From positions 1 to 42,789 of IMG/VR virus record IMGVR_UViG_3300017650_000015: a stretch of 42,789 bases of DNA; one strand, 5' to 3'. This stretch comes from a virus (Duplodnaviria > Caudoviricetes). The translations under genes were made by a program, and so were the position numbers. Every line of letters begins with the position of its first letter. The stretch's first letter is position 1. This document shows positions 16,201 through 25,497 of this stretch, piece by piece. The notes below the pieces were generated by a model. It had not been told where the DNA came from and ran no database searches. It was given only the letters and a program-made list of their open reading frames with translations.

Positions 16201-17039
16201 TGCCGCTTCTGGTCGAGCTGGGCCTGGCTCTCGGCCCCGTCGAGGGCACCCCAGTATTGCTCCGGGATGCCATCCTGCGCGGCCTTGAAGGTGTCGGCGG
16301 TCGGTTGCCAGTTCGGGTCGGGCAAGAGGTCCGTGCGCCCGGCCATGATCCAGTTGATCGTCTGGCCGTCCTTGAGCGCCTCATAGGCTCCCTCGCCAAT
16401 CCCGAAAGGGTTGTAGGCGTCCTCCTGAGCGCGCTGCTGCTGGTGCTTCTCGACGTCCGTGACGGGCTGCGTCGGGGAGATCGGGTTGTCGAAGCTGATC
16501 TTGTCCGGCGAGGGCGCGCGGTCCAAAGAGGCCACGTCACCCGGCGCAGCGGCCGGTGAGCGGGGATAGGGAGTGCCGCTCCACAGCGCCGCAAGCTCGT
16601 CCTTGGCCCACGCCGGGGCCGTCTTGATGTCGGCGCCCGAGTAGGCAGCGCCGGGCACGGTTCCCCAGAAGGTCGGGGTGTCGCGGACATCGACATGCAG
16701 GCTGTTCCCCGAGGGGTAGATGCCGATGCCGCGCCCTCCGTTCTTGATGGCCGCTCCGAGCAACGCCCGCTTCTGATCGTCGGAGAAGCCCGAGATGTCG
16801 AAGTCGATGGCGTTGCCGTGCGTGTGCTGCGACTTCTTCGCGCCCCCGGCCGCAGCGTTGCGAGCGGGGTCACGGAAACCGGAATTGACGCGGACCTCAG
16901 GGAGCCCCGAGGTGCCGAGGATGCCGTCGAGCATCTTGCGAGCACCCGGCGAGATGCCGTCGAGGTCCGCGCCGTTCTTGACGAGGATAGGGGCCGCGTA
17001 GGGTTCGTTCTTGGCGTTGCGAAAGGGGGTATCAGTCAC
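13236..17039 (-). CDS. Large internal virion (ejection) protein, gp16-like, with an N-terminal peptidase M15-type domain
   Basis: SGFR...SQH..GNAID and LHVD motifs; size and position. Confidence 0.88.
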   Translation of the reverse strand: MTDTPFRNAKNEPYAAPILVKNGADLDGISPGARKMLDGILGTSGLPEVRVNSGFRDPARNAAAGGAKKSQHTHGNAIDFDISGFSDDQKRALLGAAIKNGGRGIGIYPSGNSLHVDVRDTPTFWGTVPGAAYSGADIKTAPAWAKDELAALWSGTPYPRSPAAAPGDVASLDRAPSPDKISFDNPISPTQPVTDVEKHQQQRAQEDAYNPFGIGEGAYEALKDGQTINWIMAGRTDLLPDPNWQPTADTFKAAQDGIPEQYWGALDGAESQAQLDQKRQRLLDDMEREKRFADMGWTGTAFRLGGAVLDAPGLALTILAPELGLPAKAGMFARVGIAAAEGAAINTALEVPRVQNKPTAQGSDLLWAAGTGLALGGAFGAIARNPAVADEARQITQIGKSLTKTAEDELKGSTILNGGKSVGAAQASPRETLTAGAEDWMHSAVDDAIDRSAFAKIRWDDAGRGKASDNAATRAFTAGTVVDVVGNADRSKVVGITAEEWMKQLDSDFSMAAYKMHREALADYATRNTELKGEALDADFSRQVTAWLDNARPELEFDPAVAKAGALQRKLYADYLDYAQNPGLLDGSTRRAVKGFENVDKENYRPNIPDHEKIDAHSMKYGDDTMRSAIATAFKAKLPEITDELAEKMAKGYWRTLRETSAGMSNLDRALHGDDLDKLVEALQDLNLSKAEIDHVAGLVRPKPTEGATTAHAKRRAPYDNNFKVKLRTQSGEIEEFRMADLFRDNYLENFKSYSRTMSGNIAMSMVRVKNPLWHAVDNPTVPEWLIDGVTGKGDFDKLVRDMKAAWDARTDLPHDKRKASAARDEARMQFMYDRIIGIPDKFDSTKTGRFLRAVRDYNFVRVMNQVGLAQVGEMMGVTTQFGLKAAMQGIPAFRAMIRNARTGELDEAFAREVEQLSGFGTDFFKDGFRHFEDGAGVPINRSTQGRAFNKVEDIAHTAKRVTNIASGMSVVDTFSRRWASGAAVMKIVNAALDTGKGLKNPLNMDRMRALGLDDAMAERVFKQIRKHSTKEAVEGSEKRAYAVGNFDKWDDKEAFAHFRTAVWRWSRLAIQENFQGQSNRFLGHWTGRTIFQFRSFMLGAHTTQLLRNLHIRDFSGFATWMMTSLTGTMVYAAQTQLNSVGRSDREDYLAERLSFGKLTAAAIQRGSWSALMPTVFDTGLEVTGFDPIFNTRSSGTASSFLDNPSFDLFRTTLKATNGLGRAAREGGWSQGEARSLVRILPFSNMLPVVPLMNALISGNPERSPAQ

Positions 17040-17066
17040 GGCTTTCCTTCATCGTTTGGGGTTGGT

Positions 17067-19742
17067 TCAGTCGGGCCAGACGTCCTTGCCGATGCCGGCA
17101 CGGCGCAGCCCCTTCGTCACGACATCACGGCTGATGCCGCGTTCGAGGGACTTGATGGCCTCGCTGATCAGGGACTTCTTGCCATCGGTCAGCGCGCCTT
17201 GGAGCTGGTTGGCGGTCTCGTCGCCCTTCGGTGCGGACTTGGCCTTGCGCTCTTGGATCGCGTCTCGCATGGGGGCGATGGCGCCCTCCACGGCCACGGC
17301 AGCATTCGCGCCGGCCCCGACGAGTGTGTCGGTGAGCTTCTGCGTCCGCTCCTTGGCGCCGAGCTGGTCCTTCTGGTACTTCTGGCGGCGCCCCTCACGG
17401 AGCTGTTCCTGCACTGCAGGGTCACGCCAGTTCTTCGGGAGGAACGGCCCGAGGTGGAGGTCCACGGGGCCATCAGGGTTCCCGAGCTGGAACCACGGCT
17501 GGTATGCGGTGTCGGCCGCGTTCTTCGCGTCCTCGGCCTTCATCCGGTTGATCTCGTTGATGCGGTTCTGTTCTGCCGTCATGAGGTCGTCCGAGGTGAA
17601 GGTACCATCCGCGATCTGGTCCACAGAGGCGCCCGTCGTCTTGCTGACGATGCGCCATGCGTTGCCGCCATCACCGACCGTGCGGATGGTCAGGTCTTCG
17701 ACATCGACGCCTTCGGACTTGCCGTGCTTCTCGACGTATTCCCGGATGATCTCGGTCGAGAGGTCAGGGAAGTTCGGCGGGAGCCGCTTGTCGCTGGCGT
17801 CCACCCACCAGCCGTTGATGTTGACGTGGGTGAGCTTCACCTGCTCAGCGGCCTGCGTGATCGCCGTGTCGGCGTCGAGGCCACGCTTGGCGAGCTGTTC
17901 GGCCCGAACGGCAACCGCGTCCGTCAGCATCGAGGCATTGAGGTTGTCGATGCCCTGCCCGAAGACGCTCTTGAAGGTGTTGAGGAACCCGCCGTCCGTG
18001 GCCTTCTTGCGGACCTTGTCCACGCTGACCATCGCGGCACGGACGCCACGCCCTGTCGGGTCGGCGTTCTGGTCCACGGCGTCCATCAGCGCCTTCTGCG
18101 GGTCGAGGCCCATCAGCTCCTCACCGACCCGCCACGTCTCGAACAGCTCGGCCTTGTCCTGAGGGACGATGTCGCGGAGCATCTGGGACTTGTTGGTGCG
18201 GAGCAGCTTGTAGAGGGCATAAGCCCGCTGCGCCGGCTCGGGGATCTCGGAGCCGGTCATCATCGCCGCCGAGAGGGAGTTGGCGCCACCACGCATGGTG
18301 TCGATCCAGTCCTTCGGGGGCGAGCCGATCTTCGCGTAGACGGGCAAGTCGCGCAGGACCGTCTGGTCCCACGTCTCGTTGTTCGCCTTGGCGGCAGCGG
18401 CTGACTGGATGGCATAGTCGTCGAGGGCGCGCTTGCGCATGTCCTCGGCCGAGAGGGTCTTCTCGTTGCCCTCCTTGTCGATTACGACGGCCGGCTGCAG
18501 GCTGAACAGCTTGCCCGACTTCACGGCTTCGATGCCCGTGTTCCTGATCGTCGCTTCCTGATTGTGGAACTGCACGTCGAGCTGCTGCTGCTGAGCGGCC
18601 TTGGCGGCGGCGTTCTGCAGTCGCGCCCGCTCGTTGCGGCTCTGCTGGATGCGGCTCTCGACCCAGCTCTCAGGGTAGGCGCCGGGCTCGGTCTTGACCT
18701 TCTCGCGAAGGGCCACCTCATCCTCGGGCGTCAGCTCGCCCTTGTCGGCGCGGTCATAGATCGTCTGGCGCGCACTGACGGTGGCTTCCTGGCTCTTGTC
18801 GTCCCGGATCGCCTTGGCGCGGAGGACGGCCTTGGCCATGTCGCCGCCGACCTGAGTGTCGTCGAGGAGCTTGCCGAGCTTGGCGCCGTCAGGCCCCGTC
18901 CGGTCCATCGTCGCGAGCGCCGAGACGAGGTCATAGTTGCCCTCTTCGGCCAGCGTCGCGGCGAGCTGAACAGCCGCCTTTCCTTGGTCCTGAAAGGACA
19001 TGCCGAGGAGGCGCTTGTTGCCATAGAACTCCCCGAAGATGGCCTTGGCCTGCTCCTCGGGCGAGGCCCCCGCAGCGGCGCCGTTACGGGCCACCGAGAG
19101 GAAGGCGTCCTGCAGCGTCTGCTGGTTGGCGGAATACTGCTCCTGCGCCTTGTAGCCGGTATAGCCGGCCCTGAGCTGGCGCAGAGAGGGGTCGATGGAG
19201 GCCATGAACGACTTGACGTAGGACGGGTCGTTGGCCCGGTCGCCGAGGTAGGGCTTGACCTTCTCGGCCACGAAGGCGTCGAAGTCGCCGCTCGCCTTGT
19301 CGAAGTCGTTGACGTAGGCATTTTGGATGTCGGAGAGCGCGAGGGTCGCGTTCTGCATGCCCGAGACGCGCTGAGCGGCGGCGCGGCCGAGTTCGGTCTT
19401 GGTGCGCGGGTCCGTCTCGACGAACTTCGCATAGTCCTCGGGGCTCAGCTCGATCTGCTTGGCCCGCAGGAGGGCCTCGACGGTATCCTCTTCCTTGGCC
19501 CGCTGAACGGAGCCGAAGCGCTGGAGCGCGGGGTTCAGGGCCGCGAGGCCATCAGCCAGCCCGTCGAGCACGGGGTCGCGCTGAGGCTGGGCCGGGCGGC
19601 TATAGGTCTCGACGGGGGACGCTGCCGGACGGAGGCCCGGCGCTTGGATGCGGACCTCCTGCTGAGGGACGCCCTGCTTGATGCGATTGCCCGGCTGCGG
19701 GCGGTCTTCGGAGATCGGCGTGAGGCCGGGAATGCGTGCCAT
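17067..19742 (-). CDS. Internal virion protein, gp15-like
   Basis: 891-aa helical Ala/Gln-rich protein in syntenic position. Confidence 0.8.
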   Translation of the reverse strand: MARIPGLTPISEDRPQPGNRIKQGVPQQEVRIQAPGLRPAASPVETYSRPAQPQRDPVLDGLADGLAALNPALQRFGSVQRAKEEDTVEALLRAKQIELSPEDYAKFVETDPRTKTELGRAAAQRVSGMQNATLALSDIQNAYVNDFDKASGDFDAFVAEKVKPYLGDRANDPSYVKSFMASIDPSLRQLRAGYTGYKAQEQYSANQQTLQDAFLSVARNGAAAGASPEEQAKAIFGEFYGNKRLLGMSFQDQGKAAVQLAATLAEEGNYDLVSALATMDRTGPDGAKLGKLLDDTQVGGDMAKAVLRAKAIRDDKSQEATVSARQTIYDRADKGELTPEDEVALREKVKTEPGAYPESWVESRIQQSRNERARLQNAAAKAAQQQQLDVQFHNQEATIRNTGIEAVKSGKLFSLQPAVVIDKEGNEKTLSAEDMRKRALDDYAIQSAAAAKANNETWDQTVLRDLPVYAKIGSPPKDWIDTMRGGANSLSAAMMTGSEIPEPAQRAYALYKLLRTNKSQMLRDIVPQDKAELFETWRVGEELMGLDPQKALMDAVDQNADPTGRGVRAAMVSVDKVRKKATDGGFLNTFKSVFGQGIDNLNASMLTDAVAVRAEQLAKRGLDADTAITQAAEQVKLTHVNINGWWVDASDKRLPPNFPDLSTEIIREYVEKHGKSEGVDVEDLTIRTVGDGGNAWRIVSKTTGASVDQIADGTFTSDDLMTAEQNRINEINRMKAEDAKNAADTAYQPWFQLGNPDGPVDLHLGPFLPKNWRDPAVQEQLREGRRQKYQKDQLGAKERTQKLTDTLVGAGANAAVAVEGAIAPMRDAIQERKAKSAPKGDETANQLQGALTDGKKSLISEAIKSLERGISRDVVTKGLRRAGIGKDVWPD

Positions 19743-19754
19743 TGAGGGGTCACC

Positions 19755-20288
19755 TTAGGTTCGGGGCAGCTTGCTTTTCTGGTAGCTGCCGTAGCTGTCG
19801 ATGCCGGCTGCTGCGATCTTGAGGCCGAGGTTCAGGAACGAGGGCTTCTGGCCCGGCTGCACTGCGTTCTGGCGGTCCACCATCTGGGCGCCCGCGCCGC
19901 GCTTCTGCTGCTGCAACTGGCTGATGGACCAGTCCGTGTTCTCGTTGACGCGGTCGGTGAAGCGGCCCTCTTGGGCGTAGATGTCCCGCATGAGGCCATC
20001 CACGGTGTTCCCGGAAATGCCGCTCTCGCCGGCCGCAACGGCATTCGTCGCGCGGGCTGAGGTGGCCTGCAGGGCGGTGTCGAAATTGTCAGCAGCGGCG
20101 GCCTCTTGGGCCTGGCTCTGCTGCTCGTTGATGGCCCGCGTGGTGTCCTCATAGGCCACCCGCGCGTTCACCTTGTTCTGGTTGGCGTAGGCCGTCTGGG
20201 CCGCTGCCTGCTGCATATCGCCGGCAAACCCGGCCGCGCTGGAGGCGACCGAGATAGCAAGCGTCGTCAGTGTGATGGGGTCACACAT
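19755..20288 (-). CDS. Internal virion protein, gp14-like
   Basis: MCDP start, hydrophobic N-terminus, AGESGISGNTVD motif. Confidence 0.85.
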   Translation of the reverse strand: MCDPITLTTLAISVASSAAGFAGDMQQAAAQTAYANQNKVNARVAYEDTTRAINEQQSQAQEAAAADNFDTALQATSARATNAVAAGESGISGNTVDGLMRDIYAQEGRFTDRVNENTDWSISQLQQQKRGAGAQMVDRQNAVQPGQKPSFLNLGLKIAAAGIDSYGSYQKSKLPRT

Positions 20289-20745
20289 GGAAGTTCACCC
20301 TGACAAACTCGATGAATGGGATGCCGGCCTGCCCGTAATTCGGGTGGCGGGCGATGAAGGTATAGCCAAGCCGGCGCATCCATTCGATGTGATCCACGTT
20401 CCGCTCGTCGCAGACGTTGAACAGAACCGGCCACTTCTTGTTGAAGTCGTCGAGGACGCGCTTGCTCCTCTTGAGGAACGTGAACTTGTGCTTGTAGATG
20501 TCGTCCGAGCTGAGCATCCAGACGCACCCGAGGGTGTCGTCGATGGGCGCCACGCCGAACATCAGGATCGGCACGTCGTCGTCATCCACGCCCACGAGGG
20601 CGGGAGCGGAAAGCCTGAGGCCCTCCATGAGGGCGTCGAGCGGGCTCGTGCCGCTGCCGGCGAGAAGCTCGGCCTTGTCGGCCTGCCGAAGGCGGGGAGC
20701 AAGGAACTCCGCGTCTTCGGCCGTGGCTGGTCTGATTGAGGGCAT
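20281..20745 (-). CDS. gp13-like protein (acetyltransferase-like fold)
   Basis: LRQADKAEL and NV..RN..HIEWMRRLGY motifs; synteny. Confidence 0.85.
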   Translation of the reverse strand: MPSIRPATAEDAEFLAPRLRQADKAELLAGSGTSPLDALMEGLRLSAPALVGVDDDDVPILMFGVAPIDDTLGCVWMLSSDDIYKHKFTFLKRSKRVLDDFNKKWPVLFNVCDERNVDHIEWMRRLGYTFIARHPNYGQAGIPFIEFVRVNFHV

Positions 20746-20761
20746 GGGGGCACCTTGGGGG

Positions 20762-23170
20762 TCAGAGACGCTTCGAGCGGATTTGGAAGAACCCCTCCCA
20801 CTCGGCGCTCAGGAAGGTGCTCGGCAGGGGACTGTCGTTGACGATGTCGATCTGGACCTGATCGTTCTTGGACGCGACCGGGAAGCGGAAGGTGCCCTGC
20901 TCGATAGCCACCTGACCGATGACGTTCTGGCCCGAGCCGACGACGCGGCCCGAGAAGACATAGCGGTAGAGGTTGCGGTACTTGGGGGTCACCTCCACCC
21001 TGAAATATCCGGTGCCGCTGTAGGAGAGCGTCATCCGCCGAAGCTGGAGGCGCCCCTCGCCGATGGGCTGCTGGCCGTTCCCACCCGCCGCGTCCTCGCG
21101 GACGATCAGGGTCGAGAAGCGGTAGAGCATCTGGTACTGGCGCCCCCAGAAGAACTTCGACGGGTAGCCGTCCACGCGCACCTGAGTGGGGCTCACGGCG
21201 GTCCAAGGGACGATCTCACCGGGCGCCCGGTCGGCCCACCCGCCCCAGCAGATGAGCTGGTAGACCTCGCCGCCGAGCATCGCGTAGGGCAGCGTGATGA
21301 CCGTTGTGTTCGACGCCGCGTCATATGCGAGCGACGCGCGCTGCTCGGTGATGCGACGGTCGAGGTGAACCGAAAAGGTCGCCGGGGCGTCCACGTAGCC
21401 GGGTTCCAGAGAGACACTCTCCAGATAGGTTCCGTCAGGCCGCGAGACGACGAGCCACAGCTCGCTCTCGATGAAGTCCACCGCCATGATCTGGTCGGTG
21501 CCGGGGAAGTCCCACTTGGACCACGAGGACTGTAGCTTCTCGCCCCCCGACCAGTAGTATCGGTAGATCGAGAGCTGTGAGCGGTTGCCCCAGGAGAGCG
21601 CCACCATCACGTCCTCGTTGGACGACGCGGCGAGTTTGGAGACGTTCTTCGGGATATACCGGGGGCAGTGCGCGGTGACATCGGCGGCGTCGTTGAGGCG
21701 TGTGTCACCGTCAACGAAGTACTCCCGAATGCCGGTGAACTCCCCCCGCTGGACTGCGAAGTAGACGTTCTGCCCGGCGCCGACCGGCTTGGCCAGCAGC
21801 GAGCACTCGAACTCAGTCGTCTGGCTGATCGAAGCCGTCTTCGGTGTCAGCAAGTCGCCGGCCGACAGGACGAACTGCGACTGGTCAGAGAAGAGCAAGA
21901 GGCTCTCGTTGAACGGGATCGCATGGCGCAGGATCGAGACCTTGACGTGCGACGCCGCGATGTCGATTGGGTCGGTGTCGAGCGTCTGCAGGGCCGAGGC
22001 GCGGAAGAAGTTGAAGAAGTCCCCTGCCCGGCTCATCACGACGTTCTCGTCCGCGAGCACGCCGAGGCGGTTGCGGTGGAAGAAGATGTCGTTCAGCGCC
22101 CGGCCGACGAAGGACGGCATAGGGACGCTTTCGAGGTCGCCGACCTTGCGAGACGCCCAGTCGATCTGGCGGAAGGTGAACGAGCCGTCAGGGTTCCTGA
22201 CCAGGGCGTGCGGCATGGTATAGGGGTTGAGCCTGCGGATTTCGCCGCCCTTCGCGCTCTCCTTCCACGTCCCGCCACCACCACTTTCCGCCTCGAACTC
22301 GACATAGTAGTCGTCGAAGGCGTTGTCATTGGTGCCCGCCACACGCACGCGGAAGCCCGGCCAGCCCCTCGCAGGGAGGTCAGAGAACCGCTGGACGGTC
22401 CCCTTGATGGGCTTGATTGCGCTATCGGCGAGGCCGTCCGTGGCGAAGAGGGAGAAGTCGCTGGCCGACTGGAGGTAGAGCGTCGAGCCGAGGTTGGCGA
22501 TGGTGAAGCCGCTGAGCGCCGGCCCCGAGATCGCGTATTGCGATGCGTCAGCACCGGGCGGCACTGCTCCAAGCTGGAGCCCTAACTGAAGCGCGTAGGC
22601 GATGTTTGTTGTCTGAACATCGCCTTGGTTGACCGCGAACTCGGACGACTTGGTCGTATAGCTGACCGAGGTGCCGTTTACGGAGACCGAGTAGCGCGTC
22701 GAGTAGGCGCCCTGCTTGACCCAGACGAGAGCCTCATATGGGCGCGGGGGGACGATGTCGCCGCCCACCGCCTGCGTCTGCACCGACCTGTTCAGGACGA
22801 ACGTATAGTCGGCCACAGTGAGGCACTCGAAGGCCGTCTCGGGGTATGTCGCGTTGAGGTATCCGGTCCCGGTGGGGAACGACACGTAGCGCTCGACGCC
22901 CGCCAGTGTGAAGACACGGAGGCCGCCGTTGGTGATGACGACTGAGTAGCGCTCACTGGCGTCTCGGTTGATGAGGTGCATCTTCGCCTGCGTCGTCGGC
23001 GCGTTGCTGATCTTCGCAGCGAGCTTGGTCGGTGGGCGCTTGCGGAGGCCCTCAACGACGGACGAGTAGGCGTTGATCTGGGCCTCGGCCTGCGAGGCGA
23101 GGCGCAACGCATAGGGCTGCTGGCTCACCCCGTTGATGAGGTTCGGGATGGTCGTCGAGATGATGCTCAT
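20762..23170 (-). CDS. Tail tubular protein B (gp12-like nozzle)
   Basis: IPNLINGVSQQP start, GLRKRP, TMPHAL, PSFVG, NRLG. Confidence 0.96.
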   Translation of the reverse strand: MSIISTTIPNLINGVSQQPYALRLASQAEAQINAYSSVVEGLRKRPPTKLAAKISNAPTTQAKMHLINRDASERYSVVITNGGLRVFTLAGVERYVSFPTGTGYLNATYPETAFECLTVADYTFVLNRSVQTQAVGGDIVPPRPYEALVWVKQGAYSTRYSVSVNGTSVSYTTKSSEFAVNQGDVQTTNIAYALQLGLQLGAVPPGADASQYAISGPALSGFTIANLGSTLYLQSASDFSLFATDGLADSAIKPIKGTVQRFSDLPARGWPGFRVRVAGTNDNAFDDYYVEFEAESGGGGTWKESAKGGEIRRLNPYTMPHALVRNPDGSFTFRQIDWASRKVGDLESVPMPSFVGRALNDIFFHRNRLGVLADENVVMSRAGDFFNFFRASALQTLDTDPIDIAASHVKVSILRHAIPFNESLLLFSDQSQFVLSAGDLLTPKTASISQTTEFECSLLAKPVGAGQNVYFAVQRGEFTGIREYFVDGDTRLNDAADVTAHCPRYIPKNVSKLAASSNEDVMVALSWGNRSQLSIYRYYWSGGEKLQSSWSKWDFPGTDQIMAVDFIESELWLVVSRPDGTYLESVSLEPGYVDAPATFSVHLDRRITEQRASLAYDAASNTTVITLPYAMLGGEVYQLICWGGWADRAPGEIVPWTAVSPTQVRVDGYPSKFFWGRQYQMLYRFSTLIVREDAAGGNGQQPIGEGRLQLRRMTLSYSGTGYFRVEVTPKYRNLYRYVFSGRVVGSGQNVIGQVAIEQGTFRFPVASKNDQVQIDIVNDSPLPSTFLSAEWEGFFQIRSKRL

Positions 23171-23751
23171 CGGAACAGCATCTCCACCATCGACGGGTTG
23201 TCGGTGATCACGTTGTAATCGGCGATTTCACCCTCGGAGTTGAGGAGGTCGGACCAAGCCATGACCTCGTCGCGCATCGAGAAGCTGTTGAGGATTTCCG
23301 AGCCCACGCGGGTCTGCTGGAACTTCCGCGCCGCCGAGAGGGAGACGTATTGGCGGGCGGTTTCGGGCATCTCGTCGAAGGCGAGGAACACGATGAGGTC
23401 GGCCGTCAGGCTCTTGTCGAAGGAGAATGTGTGCTTCACCGGGTCATAGAGCCGGGTGCCGCGAACGGTCACGATGCGGCCCTTGTCCTCGCCCGAGGGC
23501 ACCAGCTTGAGGGTGTTCTGCGGGACCGCGATCTGGCCGGTGGCCGCGTCTCGGGTGAGCGTGAAGCAGCGCTCGGTGTTCCAGTGCCAGCCCTTCGCCT
23601 GCGTCCTGCGGGACGTGGCGGTGAGCTGCTGGACGGCGAGAACCGCATCGACGAGGCCGCTGTCTTCGAGGCTGTTGACCGGGCTCTCGTCAATCGTGGC
23701 GAGCATCATGTTGACCGCCTCAAGCGCGGTCGTCGGCGTCAGGCTGTCCAT
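23167..23751 (-). CDS. Tail tubular protein A (gp11-like)
   Basis: LEAVNMMLATIDESPVNSL and QAKGWHWN motifs. Confidence 0.95.
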   Translation of the reverse strand: MDSLTPTTALEAVNMMLATIDESPVNSLEDSGLVDAVLAVQQLTATSRRTQAKGWHWNTERCFTLTRDAATGQIAVPQNTLKLVPSGEDKGRIVTVRGTRLYDPVKHTFSFDKSLTADLIVFLAFDEMPETARQYVSLSAARKFQQTRVGSEILNSFSMRDEVMAWSDLLNSEGEIADYNVITDNPSMVEMLFR

Positions 23752-23763
23752 CTGGACCTCACG

Positions 23764-23800
23764 AAAAAAACCGGGGAGAGCACGAGGCTCTCACCCGGTT
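23764..23800 (-). terminator. T-phi-equivalent terminator after the capsid gene
   Basis: AACCGGGTGAGAGC-CTCGT-GCTCTCCCCGG-TTTTTTT. Confidence 0.85.
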
Positions 23801-23821
23801 CAGGTGGCAGGGGTGGTTGGC

Positions 23822-24805
23822 TTACGGGGAAGCGGACGCGCTGATCTCGATGGCGCCTTCGGGGCGCAGGACGCCATGGCCCACGGCGTACTTGGCGACG
23901 AGCAGGGAGCCCTGATTGCCGACCCGGTACTCGTGCTCCATGCCGAGATCCCAGAGCTTCACCGTGGCGACAGCTTCCTTGTGCAGGACGAGCGCAGCGG
24001 TGTTCGAGAAGTTGCCGATATAGCGGTCAGCGGTACCGGCAGCGACCGTGCCCGAGACGATGTTCGAGAACGGCAGGTTGTTCGTCTTCACCAGCGTGAT
24101 GCCGGCGACCTTGACGATGGTGCCGTCAGCGAACGAGCCCGAGCCGCCCCAGTCCTTGTTCAGGTTCTTCACGGCCTGAGCGAGGGCGTTATACTGCGCC
24201 GGCCGGACGTAGGCGAAGCGCTCGTCCTCCGGGACGTCCTTCTCGTCGAGGGTCTGCGCAGCCGCGAAGAGCGCAGCCGCGAGGTGGTCGCCGTTGGTCA
24301 GGAACGCGGCCGAGGCCGGGATGCCCGCGGAGTTCTGGTAGATGACCGAGCCGCCCGGCAAGCCGGTGACGACGTTCGCGGAGCGAGCCGCGATGATGCC
24401 GACCTGCAGGATGTGCTTGTCCATCTGCTTGGCCAGCGCGCGACCCATCTCCTTCGTGACGATGGAGCGGTAGTCGAAGTGGTTCTTCGCCTCGTCGATG
24501 TTGGCGATGAAGGCGTGCGAGACGAGCGCATCATCGATGTTGATGATCGTCTCGTTCTGGTTGGTCTTCTTGCCCTTCAGCTCGGTGCCGACGATGTGGT
24601 ATTCGGCGCCGATATCACCGACACGCGGGAACGAGGCAGACTTGCCCTGCGTGATGGTGCGGACCAGCGTGCGCTCCAGGGCGACGTTGGTTCCCTCGAA
24701 GTTGGTGATGACCTCACCGGCGAACTTCTTGAGGAAGAGGGCGTCAACCGAGCCGGCCTGGTTGATCTGGCCAATGCGGGTGACGGTAGCGTTGAGATCC
24801 GACAT
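23822..24805 (-). CDS. Major capsid protein (gp10-like), true start MSDLNA
   Basis: ALFLKKFAGEV, GKSASFP and GHGVLRPE motifs; SD AAGGA. Confidence 0.97.
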   Translation of the reverse strand: MSDLNATVTRIGQINQAGSVDALFLKKFAGEVITNFEGTNVALERTLVRTITQGKSASFPRVGDIGAEYHIVGTELKGKKTNQNETIINIDDALVSHAFIANIDEAKNHFDYRSIVTKEMGRALAKQMDKHILQVGIIAARSANVVTGLPGGSVIYQNSAGIPASAAFLTNGDHLAAALFAAAQTLDEKDVPEDERFAYVRPAQYNALAQAVKNLNKDWGGSGSFADGTIVKVAGITLVKTNNLPFSNIVSGTVAAGTADRYIGNFSNTAALVLHKEAVATVKLWDLGMEHEYRVGNQGSLLVAKYAVGHGVLRPEGAIEISASASP

Positions 24806-24811
24806 AGAATG

Positions 24812-25030
24812 TCCTTGGGAACCGTGTGGAAGTTGATTGCTTCCGCGCGAAACAACAGCTCGTGTTGTTCTGGGAGGAGCGAGCCACCGCCGATGACGGC
24901 AAGTGCGGCTAATCTTCCGGTTCCTAAGTGTCGGTGCGGGTCTCTCCCCGCCTGTCACGCCGACTGTCCGACGTTGTGCTTCAAACCATAAGTTGGAACC
25001 TATGGTTTCCTCTGGTCGTGACCAGAAGGG
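24812..25030 (-). ncRNA. Densely structured ~220-nt leader upstream of the capsid gene
   Basis: Several adjacent hairpins and a long-range GGAACCG/CGGTTCC helix closing just before the SD. Confidence 0.5.
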
Positions 25031-25031
25031 A

Positions 25032-25271
25032 TTACTTCTTGCTTGGTCCCACGAGGCTGCGGATTGCTCCGACCTTCGTGTGACAGTCATCATGGGCGTC
25101 GTAGAGGTCCACGATGAAGTTGGCGGTCTCCTTGGCCTTGGCGCCCTTGGCGGGCACGGCCGGCGCGTCAGCGCACTGCAGGAGAGACGGGGGTATTTCG
25201 ACGCTTCTGGTGCTCACGCAGCCCGTCAAGAGCGCGCTCGATAGGAGCAGGCAGGGGAGCATCTTCCTCAA
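25032..25271 (-). CDS. o-spanin (Rz1-like lipoprotein)
   Basis: Lipobox LLTG-C; Pro-rich region with extra Cys; overlaps the i-spanin. Confidence 0.85.
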   Translation of the reverse strand: MRKMLPCLLLSSALLTGCVSTRSVEIPPSLLQCADAPAVPAKGAKAKETANFIVDLYDAHDDCHTKVGAIRSLVGPSKK

Positions 25272-25497
25272 CGGCTATGTCCCTTTTGATGTCCCCCATC
25301 GCCTTGGTCGCCTCGATGCGCTTGGCAGCGGTGTCTTCGACAGCCTTCTGCCCGTCCCGAAGCCCCTTCTCGGTGGCCTCAAGATCCGTGATGCGCGTCG
25401 CTTGGCTGGCGACCTTGGAGCGGAGGTGGTTGGCGTAGAGCCCGCCGCCGATGAGGATCAGCAGCAGGCCGATGATGGCGTAGAGTTTGGCGTTCAT
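25168..25497 (-). CDS. i-spanin (Rz-like), start MNAKLY
   Basis: N-terminal TM helix then coiled coil; ATGA overlap with the holin. Confidence 0.82.
   Translation of the reverse strand: MNAKLYAIIGLLLILIGGGLYANHLRSKVASQATRITDLEATEKGLRDGQKAVEDTAAKRIEATKAMGDIKRDIAVEEDAPLPAPIERALDGLREHQKRRNTPVSPAVR

Noticed and set aside
23800-23860. T7 10A/10B-type capsid frameshift extension
   Set aside because: No evident slippery sequence, and a terminator follows within about 20 nt
24806-25093. N-terminal extension of the capsid ORF as listed (423 aa)
   Set aside because: Capsid homology and the SD start at 24805; similar over-extended starts were trimmed for RNAP, primase, polymerase and exonuclease
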